Positions 38,535 to 47,680 of a stretch of 64,000 nt of DNA are shown in pieces. The notes below the pieces were generated by a model, which did no database searches, had not been told where the DNA came from, and saw only the letters and a program-made list of their open reading frames with translations. The stretch is from positions 4,249 to 68,248 of the forward strand of contig CADBRT010000117.1 of NCBI GenBank assembly GCA_902797055.1, given 5' to 3'. The translations under genes and the position numbers were made by a program. Source of the DNA: an uncultured Spirochaetaceae bacterium. GTDB taxonomy: Bacteria; Spirochaetota; Spirochaetia; Treponematales; Treponemataceae. Numbering within the stretch: the first letter of the stretch is position 1; every line of letters begins with the position of its first letter.

Positions 38535-39869
38535 CTACTTGTCCCAGGAGCGGATGCCGAAGATGCCGAATGTGTTGCCGTCAGTAAAATAGAGCTGGTT
38601 TCCGTCGTTCGTGCCAAAACTAAGAGTCCCGATATTGCCGCTGCTGTTTATTGTACTGCTGCAATACCAAAGACCGTTGGTTCTTTGTATATATACACCC
38701 CCGTCTAGCTTTCTCAAAGAACTGTTCACGGTGGCTACCACTTTTAGCAGTTCCGCCATCTCTGCAAGTGAGGGCATATAGTAGGGGCCTGTTGAGCCTC
38801 CGTTCACGTTTGTAAACAGCCAGTTGTACGCCGGGAAGTGCGCCACTGTGGCATTTGCCCCCAAAGCCGCCTCTATGGCATTCCAGTTGTCTTTCCCGTT
38901 GAAATCCCCCTGTATGCGCTTAATCGGGGCGCTGTCGCCGTATTGCGAAGGAGTGCAGCAGGGGAACGTAAAACGTGTTCCGGAAGCTGTAGCAGCTACC
39001 TCATTACAGGTTATGGAAGTTATGCTCGATAATGTAACACCGCTCTTCCAATACAAATTTCCGCCCTGCTGAGGTCCCTTTATGGTCTTGTGTATGGCAA
39101 GCACCCTGTTGCCCAAACAGGCTGTATTGTCTGGATACTCCGTCCATGAACTCGTTCCCGTGTAGAAAACGACAGCGACTCCGGGATCCCCCGTCACGTA
39201 GCGGTAGTTGGCAGGAGAGACGCACTTACCGCTTGCAAGCACAATGTCGCCCACTTCGGCTTCCGTTATGTCGTGCGTAAACGTCTCTTCGGTAATATTA
39301 TAGAGGGCTAAAACAGGTTCCCATGTTGTGTACAAAGTACTACTGACGGCATAGCGGTTGGTTCCGTCCGTCACAGCAATGTCGCCTTCTGCCAGCCCGG
39401 TGCTGGGGATTTCCTTCCATAACTCGTTCATGCTGAATGTGACGGTCGTTGACTCCCCCGCTGTCACGGAGGCAGGTTTCATGTCACCGAACATGCCTAC
39501 CCTGCCGTCGCACTCCGCAACCATGCCGAACACCCACGCACCGGCTTCAACCGGCACCGACACACCGTCAGTGTCCGCCGCAGTTGCCCACGGTCCGGCA
39601 AGCGTCTGCAACTCCCCGCCACTTCGCTTGCCCACTAGTTTCAAATTTCTAAGAGAGTCTACCGCAAGCCCGTAGTCTGCCATGGCACGCGCACCGCCTG
39701 TGGCAAACCGCAGGTAGCCCGTCTCCGGCTCTGCGCCGCTGTCCCCTCCGGCACTACCCGCGCACCCCGCAAGGGCAAGCGCAAACACCGTGCACAAAAG
39801 GGCGGTAAGTCTTAAAAACGGCTGTACCCCTCCCCGATTAAATTTGTCTGCAAAAATTTTTCTAACCAT
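38535..39869 (-). CDS. Hypothetical lipoprotein, possibly with a DUF1566/Lcl-like C-terminal domain
   Basis: Lipobox LALAGC. The C-terminal pattern MPSLAEMAELL...WYCSSTINSS...GIRSW resembles the DUF1566 consensus as I recall it. The flanks are GC-rich and non-coding. Confidence 0.6.
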   Translation of the reverse strand: MVRKIFADKFNRGGVQPFLRLTALLCTVFALALAGCAGSAGGDSGAEPETGYLRFATGGARAMADYGLAVDSLRNLKLVGKRSGGELQTLAGPWATAADTDGVSVPVEAGAWVFGMVAECDGRVGMFGDMKPASVTAGESTTVTFSMNELWKEIPSTGLAEGDIAVTDGTNRYAVSSTLYTTWEPVLALYNITEETFTHDITEAEVGDIVLASGKCVSPANYRYVTGDPGVAVVFYTGTSSWTEYPDNTACLGNRVLAIHKTIKGPQQGGNLYWKSGVTLSSITSITCNEVAATASGTRFTFPCCTPSQYGDSAPIKRIQGDFNGKDNWNAIEAALGANATVAHFPAYNWLFTNVNGGSTGPYYMPSLAEMAELLKVVATVNSSLRKLDGGVYIQRTNGLWYCSSTINSSGNIGTLSFGTNDGNQLYFTDGNTFGIFGIRSWDK

Positions 39870-40070
39870 AGCAAACCTCCCTTTTTTTCATTTCCACCAC
39901 AAGTATACAACCGGATTTCTCCTTTTGTCAATAATCTCTAAGCGGTCCCCCGACGAAGCAACGGACGTGCCAAAACCAGAAGCAATGCCTACAAAGCACC
40001 TCCGTTGAACACCTGCATGTGTCGGCAGCTGTCACCGCCTCCTGAAATCCGTAGCCGCCCCAAGGGAGGT

Positions 40071-40257
40071 GCCCATCGCCCGCCACGTGACGTGCCATCC
40101 GCCCCTCACGTGACATGACATCCGCCCCTCACGTGACGTGCCATCCGCCCCTCACGTGACATGCCATCCGCCCCTCACGTGACATGCCATCCGCCCCTCA
40201 CGTGAGTCGCCATCGGGCGCTACGTGACCTGCCATCGACCGCCACGGGCCCCGCCAT
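40071..40257. repeat. Tandem array of a 23-bp unit (about 8 copies, 5 of them near-identical), each carrying a TCACGTGA palindrome
   Basis: The units at 40094, 40117, 40140, 40163 and 40186 read GCCATCCGCCCCTCACGTGACAT with 0-3 substitutions. Degenerate copies lie at 40071, 40209 and 40231. There are no spacers, so this is not a CRISPR array. Confidence 0.9.
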
Positions 40258-40289
40258 TTCTACTGACAGGAAGAGTACAGAAACAAGGG

Positions 40290-40318
40290 TTTCCGACTGC
40301 CACTGTTTGTGTTATAAT
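40290..40318 (+). promoter_or_regulatory. Candidate pepF promoter with an extended -10 (TTTCCG-N17-TATAAT, TG at -15/-14)
   Basis: TATAAT at 40313-40318 is preceded by TGT. Only 7 nt separate the -10 from the pepF ATG (40326), and no SD is present. Confidence 0.35.
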
Positions 40319-40325
40319 ATATATT

Positions 40326-42185
40326 ATGGAAAACAATAACGACATACCGCTGTGGAACCTCGATTCCATCTACCCGGACATCGACAGCCCCGCATATAAA
40401 ACAGACATGGAAGCGTTTACAGGCAGCATGGACAACATCGACGCGCTGCTTGACATCGCCGACTCCTATACAAAGAAAGACAACGAAAACTTTGACTTCG
40501 CTGCATGGTTGGTGTCCTATCTGGAAGAAAACGACAAATACCTTGCGCTTGCAGGAACGCTCTCCGCGTACGCCTACATCCGCTATTCAACGGACACGAC
40601 AAAACCTGAGTATATGAACAACCTGAGCAGGCTTGAAAAAATGGAAGTCCGCGCTCACACGCAGGAACTTAGGTTCAGCAAGATTCTGCTTGCCCACCAG
40701 AAATACCTTGACGAGTTCTACAGGCGTTACCCCGCATACAAGGAGCACGCTTACCTCTTGAACGAAACCATCGAGGACACCAAGCACCAGATGTCCAGCG
40801 CGGAAGAAAAAATTGCTGCCGACATGCAGATAACCGGTGGTGACGCGTGGGGTCGGCTGCAGGAACAGCTCATCAGCAACCTGCAGGACAGCGAAGGACA
40901 CATGTTCAACGAACTGCGCAACGATGCGTATTCCCCGGACAAATCGGTGCGTCAGAAGGCATATAAAACGGAACTCGCCCTGCTCGAGCAGAACCGCATA
41001 GCCTTTGCGGCTTCCCTCAACAACCTCAAGGGGGAGACGATCACGCTCAACAGCCGCCGCCACTGGGACACCGCCATTGAACGCGCGCTGTCTTCTTCCC
41101 GCATGAGCCGCAAAACGCTGGACGCCCTGATTGGAACGCTGGAAGATTCCCTGCCGCTGTGGCGGGACTACTTCAAGGCAAAGGCGACGCTCCTCAGAAA
41201 GAAAGGAGGAACGGCAAGCACGACGGCAGGAAACGCTGGTCACGAGGGACTGGCATTCTACGATTTGTTCGCACCGCTTTCCGGTCTGGACGGCAACAGC
41301 GGAAACAACTCCCTGCTCAGCAGAACATGGACCTTCGCAGAAGCAAAAGAACACATTCTCAAAGAATACGCTTCCTTCTCGCAGGATATGGCTGACTTTG
41401 CAAAGCACGCCTTTGAAAGCGGCTGGATTGACGCGAAAATCCGCCCCGGCAAAGTCGGAGGAGCTTACGACGAAGACTTCCCGAAAGGACACCAGAGCAG
41501 AATCCTTTCAAACTTCACCGGTGCATTCAGCGATATCATCACGCTTGCTCATGAACTGGGGCACGCCTACCACTTCTCCTGCATGAAGGGCAAGTCACCA
41601 GCGTTCTTCGGATACCCCATGACGCTGGCGGAAACAGCGAGCACCTTTGCAGAGACAATCGTCAAGCAGGACATGATAAAAGAATCCTCCGAAGCCGACA
41701 GAATCCGCGCCATAGAATTGGATTTACAGGATGCAAGTCAAGTGCTGGTGGACATTCTGTGCCGCTTTTACTTTGAGCGCAGCGTGTTTGAAGAACGTGA
41801 AAAAGGCGAACTCAATGCCGACGACTTCTGCCGCCTTATGCGCGAAGCACAGGAAAAGAGCTACGGCTGCGGCTTGAACGAAGAGCGCCACGAATACATG
41901 TGGGCGGTAAAATCCCACTACTACAGCACTGGGCTTGATTTTTACAACTTCCCGTATGCATTCGGTCAGCTGTTCGCTGCAGGACTGTACATGAGAAGCA
42001 AAAAAGAAGGACCGGAATTTGCAAAGACATACCGGGAACTGCTTTCCGACACCGGCAGCATGAGCTGTGAGGACTTGTGCAAAAAGGCAGGCTTCGACAT
42101 CACCACAAAAGACTTCTGGAAAACAGGAGTGGACATGTACGCAAAGGAAGTAGCAGAGTTCAAAGCATTCGCTGACAAGGCATAG
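40326..42185 (+). CDS. pepF: Oligoendopeptidase F (M3B metallopeptidase)
   Basis: Zinc motif LAHELGHAYH and the N-terminal IPLWNLDSIY typical of PepF. The start is placed at ATG 40326; the ORF-track start 40224 lies inside the repeat array. Confidence 0.9.
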   Translation: MENNNDIPLWNLDSIYPDIDSPAYKTDMEAFTGSMDNIDALLDIADSYTKKDNENFDFAAWLVSYLEENDKYLALAGTLSAYAYIRYSTDTTKPEYMNNLSRLEKMEVRAHTQELRFSKILLAHQKYLDEFYRRYPAYKEHAYLLNETIEDTKHQMSSAEEKIAADMQITGGDAWGRLQEQLISNLQDSEGHMFNELRNDAYSPDKSVRQKAYKTELALLEQNRIAFAASLNNLKGETITLNSRRHWDTAIERALSSSRMSRKTLDALIGTLEDSLPLWRDYFKAKATLLRKKGGTASTTAGNAGHEGLAFYDLFAPLSGLDGNSGNNSLLSRTWTFAEAKEHILKEYASFSQDMADFAKHAFESGWIDAKIRPGKVGGAYDEDFPKGHQSRILSNFTGAFSDIITLAHELGHAYHFSCMKGKSPAFFGYPMTLAETASTFAETIVKQDMIKESSEADRIRAIELDLQDASQVLVDILCRFYFERSVFEEREKGELNADDFCRLMREAQEKSYGCGLNEERHEYMWAVKSHYYSTGLDFYNFPYAFGQLFAAGLYMRSKKEGPEFAKTYRELLSDTGSMSCEDLCKKAGFDITTKDFWKTGVDMYAKEVAEFKAFADKA

Positions 42186-42278
42186 TTTTCTTCCCCACTG
42201 AGCAAAACCATTTGTAAAAACAGGGTTTTTAGTGTAGAATAATAATAGAGAAATCTCACCTAAAAGGAGCCCTCGCAG

Positions 42279-44372
42279 ATGGCGGAAAAACAGAAGAAGG
42301 ATATTCAGATTGTCACCAAGTTGGTGGGTCTGATTGGCGGAGTGATCGTCTTAAGTTGTGTTATTGTGATGAGTATCTGTCTGACAGTATTCGACAGAAA
42401 GCAGATAACGGAAGAAGAGACGAATCTAAGGAATACGGCGGCGGGTGCTGAGCGTATTCTTGTAGACTGGATGGTCACGCTGGATTCTGCTGCCGCAATT
42501 GCCTCCAACAATTCCGACGTAAGGAACGCGGTCAGTACGAAGGATACAGCAGCCCTACAGGATATCGTGAACTGGTACGATGAACGGCTGGACTATGAGT
42601 ACATGGCATTTGTCGATGCGGCAGGTACGGTTCTTGTAGGGGGAGCAAATGGCATTCCGAAAGGCAAGGATTTGTCTTCAATATATGCTGTCAAAAAAGC
42701 ACTCCGTGGCGAAATCGCCAATTCCTATGAACCGATTTACGAATCTCCGTATGCAGCCATTGCCGCGTACCCGATTAGAAAAGACAGTGCCGTCATCGGA
42801 GCTGCGGTCTTTGTGTACGACCTGACGACTGACGACTTCATCGGTGTCATCAAAAACGGATACGGTTGCGAATGCACAATTTTTTGCGATACGTTGCGCG
42901 TGAAATCCTCCCTCACAGACGAACGGGGCAGGAGCGCAGAGGGAACTAAACTGACCGATTCCGAGATTATAAGCAAGGTTCTCAGAAGGGGCGAACCGTA
43001 TATCGGGCGTTCGACGGTATCAGGAACGAAATACTACGCAGTCTACAGCCCGTTGCGCAGCGATGACGGTTCGGTGACGGGCATGTTATTCATTGCCAAG
43101 ACGCTGAAAGAGATGGAAGCAATCAAATTTGATACGGCAAAGATTATGCTTCCTTTCGTCATCGCCATTGTGATTATACTGATGGGACTGAGTTACCTGT
43201 TTATCAAATGGTTGATGTGGCGCATTTCAAACGTCACCCGTTCCCTGGAGGACATGGCGACCGGAGAAGCGGATCTGACAAAGCGCGTAAAGCTGCTCGT
43301 CCGTGATGAAATCGGTCAACTGGTCATCAACTTCAACCAGTTCTGTGACAAACTGCACACGATTATTGCAGAGACAAAGCACTCAAAGGACGAGTTGATT
43401 TCGTCCGGCAATTCAATGGCGGCATGTACGAAAGACTCCTCAAACGCCATTGCACAGATTATTACAGACATAGACGGCATTTCCGGAAACATCAAAAAGC
43501 AGTCTTCAAGCGTTCAGCAGACTGCCGGCGCGGTAAACCAGATTTCATCCAACATAGAATCGCTGAACAGGATGATTGAAAACCAGTCAACCGGTGTGAA
43601 CCAGGCGTCTGCCGCGGTCGAAGAGATGATCGGCAACATCGGCTCCGTCAACAGTTCCGTTGCAAAGATGTCCAACTCTTTCAAGGAACTGGAACGCAAT
43701 GCAACGCAGGGATTCAACCTTCAGAGCGATGTGAATGAGAAAATCCTCCAGATTGAGTCCCAGAGCGAGATGCTACAGGATGCAAACATGGCAATTTCCA
43801 GCATTGCCGAGCAGACGAACCTGCTTGCCATGAATGCGGCCATCGAGGCGGCACACGCCGGGGAAGCAGGAAAGGGCTTTGCCGTCGTCGCCGACGAAAT
43901 CCGCAAGCTGTCAGAAACTTCATCTTCCCAGTCAAAGACAATCGGAGAGCAGCTGACAAAGATAAAGGAATCCATCGGCGATGTCGTCTCCGCGTCCACC
44001 GAGTCCAGCCGTTCGTTCTCAGTCGTCTCTGAAAAGATTCAGGAGACCGACCAGCTGGTAATGCAGATCAAGGCGGCAATGGAAGAACAGAACAAAGGCT
44101 CAAAGCAAATTACCGAAGCGCTGAGAGGCATGAACGATGCGACACAGGAAGTCAAGACCGCTTCTGAAGAGATGGCTCGTGGCAACAGGCTCATTTTGGA
44201 GGAGGTCGAGGAACTTCAGGAATCTTCCGATGCAATGAAGAAAGGCATGAACGAAATGGCGGACAGTGCGAAAAGGATTAACGAAACAGGCACGGCGCTG
44301 TCAAACATTTCAAACCAGGTGCATAAAGCAATCGGCAAGATTGGCGCACAGATAGATTTGTTCAAAGTGTAA
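42279..44372 (+). CDS. Methyl-accepting chemotaxis protein (Cache-like sensor, HAMP, MA domain)
   Basis: [14 protein letters not shown] segment and [39 protein letters not shown]. It is a paralogue of the MCPs at 19152 and 58337. Confidence 0.9.
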   Translation: MAEKQKKDIQIVTKLVGLIGGVIVLSCVIVMSICLTVFDRKQITEEETNLRNTAAGAERILVDWMVTLDSAAAIASNNSDVRNAVSTKDTAALQDIVNWYDERLDYEYMAFVDAAGTVLVGGANGIPKGKDLSSIYAVKKALRGEIANSYEPIYESPYAAIAAYPIRKDSAVIGAAVFVYDLTTDDFIGVIKNGYGCECTIFCDTLRVKSSLTDERGRSAEGTKLTDSEIISKVLRRGEPYIGRSTVSGTKYYAVYSPLRSDDGSVTGMLFIAKTLKEMEAIKFDTAKIMLPFVIAIVIILMGLSYLFIKWLMWRISNVTRSLEDMATGEADLTKRVKLLVRDEIGQLVINFNQFCDKLHTIIAETKHSKDELISSGNSMAACTKDSSNAIAQIITDIDGISGNIKKQSSSVQQTAGAVNQISSNIESLNRMIENQSTGVNQASAAVEEMIGNIGSVNSSVAKMSNSFKELERNATQGFNLQSDVNEKILQIESQSEMLQDANMAISSIAEQTNLLAMNAAIEAAHAGEAGKGFAVVADEIRKLSETSSSQSKTIGEQLTKIKESIGDVVSASTESSRSFSVVSEKIQETDQLVMQIKAAMEEQNKGSKQITEALRGMNDATQEVKTASEEMARGNRLILEEVEELQESSDAMKKGMNEMADSAKRINETGTALSNISNQVHKAIGKIGAQIDLFKV

Positions 44373-44390
44373 GATCTGGCAGGGCTAAAG

Positions 44391-44445
44391 AAGGCGGAAT
44401 GGTGGTTGAACCTGTGTTCTCCCACCATTCCGCCTTTGTTTTTTT
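44391..44445. terminator. Terminator between the convergent MCP and flavocytochrome genes
   Basis: 15-bp perfect stem AAGGCGGAATGGTGG / CCACCATTCCGCCTT, followed by TGTTTTTTT. Confidence 0.85.
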
Positions 44446-44457
44446 CGCGGGGTTGCT

Positions 44458-46221
44458 TTACTTTATGTACGCAAGCGCGCTGTCAGCTGCAATCTTTCCA
44501 TAGATTGTAATGTCAGCAATAGCGTTTCCTCCGAGACGGTTGTCTCCGTGGACTCCGCCGGTTACTTCGCCAGCCGCATACAGTCCAGGAACTGCTGTTC
44601 CGTCGCTCTTTACGACTTCTGCTTTTGTATTGATTACAATACCACCCATTGTGTGGTGGATTGCAGGTTCAATCTCTACTGCATAGTACGGACCATTTGC
44701 GAGGGAACGAGCCATGTCGGCGCGTCCGAACTCTGCATCGGTTCCGGAAGCCTGTGCTGCATTGTAGGTATCAAGCGTTGCTTTGAGAACAGCGGCATCC
44801 ATGTTGAGTTTGCCCGCGATATCCTCCACGCTGTCACCAATCGTCAAAAGACCAGCCTTTACATAGCCTTCTATCGCTTTGAGTGACTTTCTGACATCCT
44901 CATTGAAGAAGATGTACGCACGGCGCTCTGGCAGAGCGAGCACCGCTTTTGATGTTACGTCGCGGGTGTCGAGCTCGTTGATAAAGCGCTTGCCTGCATG
45001 GCTCACCATGATTGCACCGTTTCCGCGCACAGCCTCTGTGATGAGGAGACCGCGTCCCGGTACAACAGTCGGGTGTGTCTGAATTTCGTTCATCAAATTG
45101 AGCTGTCCACCGAATTTTTCAATCCAAACAAACGCGTCTCCTGTTGCACCCTTCGTATTTGTCGTCGGGAAGTCCTTGAGCTCGGGGCGGTACTTGCCAA
45201 TCAGCGTCGGATTTGCACCGAAGCCGCCAGTTGCAATGATGACAGCCTTTGCTTTGATGATATAGTCGCCGCCTTCAGCAGAAACTTTTACGCCGGCAGC
45301 CTTTCCGCCTTCTTCAATGATGTCGGTAACGGCATTGTTCAGACGGACATCAGCTCCAGCGCGCTGGGCAGCTTCATAGAGTTTGGGAACCAGGTGTGTG
45401 CCGACCGCCTGACCGCCGGTCGGTCTATGGGTGCGTTTGTTTGTGGAACCGCCCATGATACCGACATCGCTCAAGTCAGCGCCGACAATAGGAGACTGAA
45501 GCCAGTCAACAATTGCTGCGGAATTCTCGACCATTGTACGGACGAGCGCTTCATCGTTTTTATTGTGGCCGCCCTTCATGGTATCAGCAAAGAACTGATC
45601 GTTCGTGTCCGCAATGCCGAGTTTTTTCTGCACTGCAGTTTCGCTGGCGTTCAAACCGCCTGTCGCAGAGTTTGTGTTTCCTCCGACAATGCCCATCTTT
45701 TCAAGGACGATGACTTTCTTGCCCTGAGAGGCGGCTTCTGTTGCGGCTGTAAGGCCTGCACCGCCGGCGCCGATGACGACGATGTCAGCAGTGGTATCCT
45801 CCGATCCTGTTGCTGCAACAGCCTCACCCCGGGCAGCAGCCATGGCTGCATCGAGAGCAGCAACCATTCCGTTCCATGTGAGGGTTGCACCGCTCACCGC
45901 GTCGATGCTGGCGGTATTGCCGCCGCTCTTTACGAATGATTCTATGGCAGACTCTTCGACAGGGCCTCCAATGGCAGGGGTCTCCTGCTCTTCAACAATC
46001 TCTGCGGATTTGACTTTACCGCCTGCGACGGTAACAGATACTGTAATTGGTCCGTTGCGTCCTTCACCTTTGCCAAGGAAGGTTCCGTCATTCAACGCTA
46101 CCGCAGACGCTGCAGGCGCTTTTTTGCGGGAACCGCCCACCATGACACAGCAGATAATGGCAATCGCTGCTATCAGCAGAAAAACCGCTGACTGTACTAT
46201 CAGCTTCTTTGTTGCCTTCAT
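44458..46221 (-). CDS. Exported FMN-bind/FAD flavocytochrome-type reductase (fumarate- or urocanate-reductase-like flavoprotein)
   Basis: N-terminal TM/signal segment, FMN_bind-like region GKGEGRNGPITVSVTVAGGKVKSAEIV, FAD motif VVIGAGGAGLTAA, and C-terminal LYAAGEVTGGVHGDNRLGGNA. Confidence 0.85.
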   Translation of the reverse strand: MKATKKLIVQSAVFLLIAAIAIICCVMVGGSRKKAPAASAVALNDGTFLGKGEGRNGPITVSVTVAGGKVKSAEIVEEQETPAIGGPVEESAIESFVKSGGNTASIDAVSGATLTWNGMVAALDAAMAAARGEAVAATGSEDTTADIVVIGAGGAGLTAATEAASQGKKVIVLEKMGIVGGNTNSATGGLNASETAVQKKLGIADTNDQFFADTMKGGHNKNDEALVRTMVENSAAIVDWLQSPIVGADLSDVGIMGGSTNKRTHRPTGGQAVGTHLVPKLYEAAQRAGADVRLNNAVTDIIEEGGKAAGVKVSAEGGDYIIKAKAVIIATGGFGANPTLIGKYRPELKDFPTTNTKGATGDAFVWIEKFGGQLNLMNEIQTHPTVVPGRGLLITEAVRGNGAIMVSHAGKRFINELDTRDVTSKAVLALPERRAYIFFNEDVRKSLKAIEGYVKAGLLTIGDSVEDIAGKLNMDAAVLKATLDTYNAAQASGTDAEFGRADMARSLANGPYYAVEIEPAIHHTMGGIVINTKAEVVKSDGTAVPGLYAAGEVTGGVHGDNRLGGNAIADITIYGKIAADSALAYIK

Positions 46222-46298
46222 ACGTTCTCCTTCTATTCGAAATTTTTCTTTATTTTAGACTTACTTTACAATAATTGCAAGTTGTTAGCCTTATTTAA

Positions 46299-47654
46299 CT
46301 AAAGCGTTAGGAATGCCTTATACGCGTTGAACGCCTGCCAGATATCTTCCTTTGCGGTGACTTCCCACGGTGCGTGCATGCTGAGGACAGGAACGCCGGC
46401 ATCGAGAACCTTCATGCCATACTTTGCCGCAAGGTACGCGATTGTTCCGCCGCCGCCCTGGTCCACCTTACCGAGTTCCGCCATCTGATACACGACGCTA
46501 TTCGCATCGAGGACGTTGCGGAGCTGTGCAATGAACTCAGGCAGGGCATCGCTCGCACCGCTCTTACCGCGGGAACCAGTGTATTTATTGAACACAATTC
46601 CGCCGCCGAGGAACGAAGCATTGTCCCTGTCGTACAAGTTTGCGTTGAGCGGGTCATAGGCTGCGTTTACGTCGCTTGAAAGCATGCTGCTGTTGTACAT
46701 GCAGCGTCTGACAGAAAGCTCTGAGTACTCGCCGAGGCGGGCGACAAGCTCTGCAACTGCGTTTTCAAAGAAATGGCTCGCCATGCCAGTTGCACCGACG
46801 GAACCGATTTCCTCCTTGTCGACACAGAGGCAGCAGTTCGTCTTTTTGCCTGCTGGACTTTCAAGCAGCGCCAGCATTGATGTGTAGGCGCAGGAACGGT
46901 CGTCCTGTCCGTAGCCAAGAATGAGGGAGCGGTCGAACCCCAAATCTCTCGGTGCCCCGGCGGGGACAATCTCAAGCTCTGCAGAACCAAAGTCATCTTC
47001 CGTTATGTCGTATTTTTCCTCAAGAATTTTTAAAATCGCTTTTTTCGCCTTGTTTTGTACATTCGGTGTTTTAGACTCTTCCTCTGTCTTATCGCGGTTG
47101 CGCGGTTCCGGGATTTCACTTCCGACAACGAGGTCAAGGTTTTCACCAGGGATAAAATCAGAAGCAGCTTCCTTCATCTGTTTCTGTGCCAGATGCGGCA
47201 GGATATCAGAAATGACGAACACAGGGTCGTCAACAGCTTCCCCAACGCAGACTTTGACAACGCTACCGTCTTTTTTGCAGACGACACCATGGATGGCCAA
47301 AGGCTGAGTGACCCACTGGTACTTTTTTATGCCACCGTAGTAGTGGGTATTCAAGTAGACGAGAAATTCCTTTTCGTAGAGAGGATTCTGCTTTACATCG
47401 AGGCGAGGAGAATCGATGTGCGCGCCAAGAATGTTCATGCCGTTTTCAATGCTTTCGCTTCCAATACTAAAAAGAGCGACTGCCTTGCCGAATTTGGTGA
47501 TGTACACTTTATCGCCGGCAGAGAGTTTCGAAACCTCGTTCAAGTTCTTGTAGCCATGCTGCTGTGCAAGCGCAACGATTGCCTCACAGCATTCACGTTC
47601 GGTCTTTCCGTTGGCAAGGAAGTTCTTGTACCCGTCAATGATTTTTTCATCCAT
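46299..47654 (-). CDS. M18-family aminopeptidase
   Basis: GAHIDSPRLDVK (the M18 H-x-D-S-P motif), GYGQDDRSC, DKEEIGS and LSMHAP. 451 aa. Confidence 0.85.
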   Translation of the reverse strand: MDEKIIDGYKNFLANGKTERECCEAIVALAQQHGYKNLNEVSKLSAGDKVYITKFGKAVALFSIGSESIENGMNILGAHIDSPRLDVKQNPLYEKEFLVYLNTHYYGGIKKYQWVTQPLAIHGVVCKKDGSVVKVCVGEAVDDPVFVISDILPHLAQKQMKEAASDFIPGENLDLVVGSEIPEPRNRDKTEEESKTPNVQNKAKKAILKILEEKYDITEDDFGSAELEIVPAGAPRDLGFDRSLILGYGQDDRSCAYTSMLALLESPAGKKTNCCLCVDKEEIGSVGATGMASHFFENAVAELVARLGEYSELSVRRCMYNSSMLSSDVNAAYDPLNANLYDRDNASFLGGGIVFNKYTGSRGKSGASDALPEFIAQLRNVLDANSVVYQMAELGKVDQGGGGTIAYLAAKYGMKVLDAGVPVLSMHAPWEVTAKEDIWQAFNAYKAFLTL

Positions 47655-47680
47655 AAAAATGAGACTCCTTCAATTTGTAA

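Noticed and set aside
40071-40257. Possibility that the tandem repeats are a CRISPR array
   Set aside because: The units are directly abutting with no unique spacers, the unit is only 23 bp, and no cas genes are nearby.
40224-40325. N-terminal extensions suggested by the ORF track (pepF from 40224; also pfk 13485, SBP 17381, MCP 19068, oppA 32180 and 54012, oppC 34853, ackA 55652, EEP 23052)
   Set aside because: In each case an internal ATG gives a canonical signal peptide/lipobox or a family-typical N-terminus. It also has a better SD or promoter context. The extensions run through repeats, terminators or upstream genes.
40587-41492. 301-aa minus-strand ORF opposite pepF
   Set aside because: It is antisense to the HELGH-containing PepF gene. 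It is a shadow ORF.
44998-45939. 313-aa plus-strand ORF opposite the flavocytochrome gene
   Set aside because: It is antisense to a gene with FAD and FMN_bind motifs. No start context and no motifs. It is a shadow ORF.
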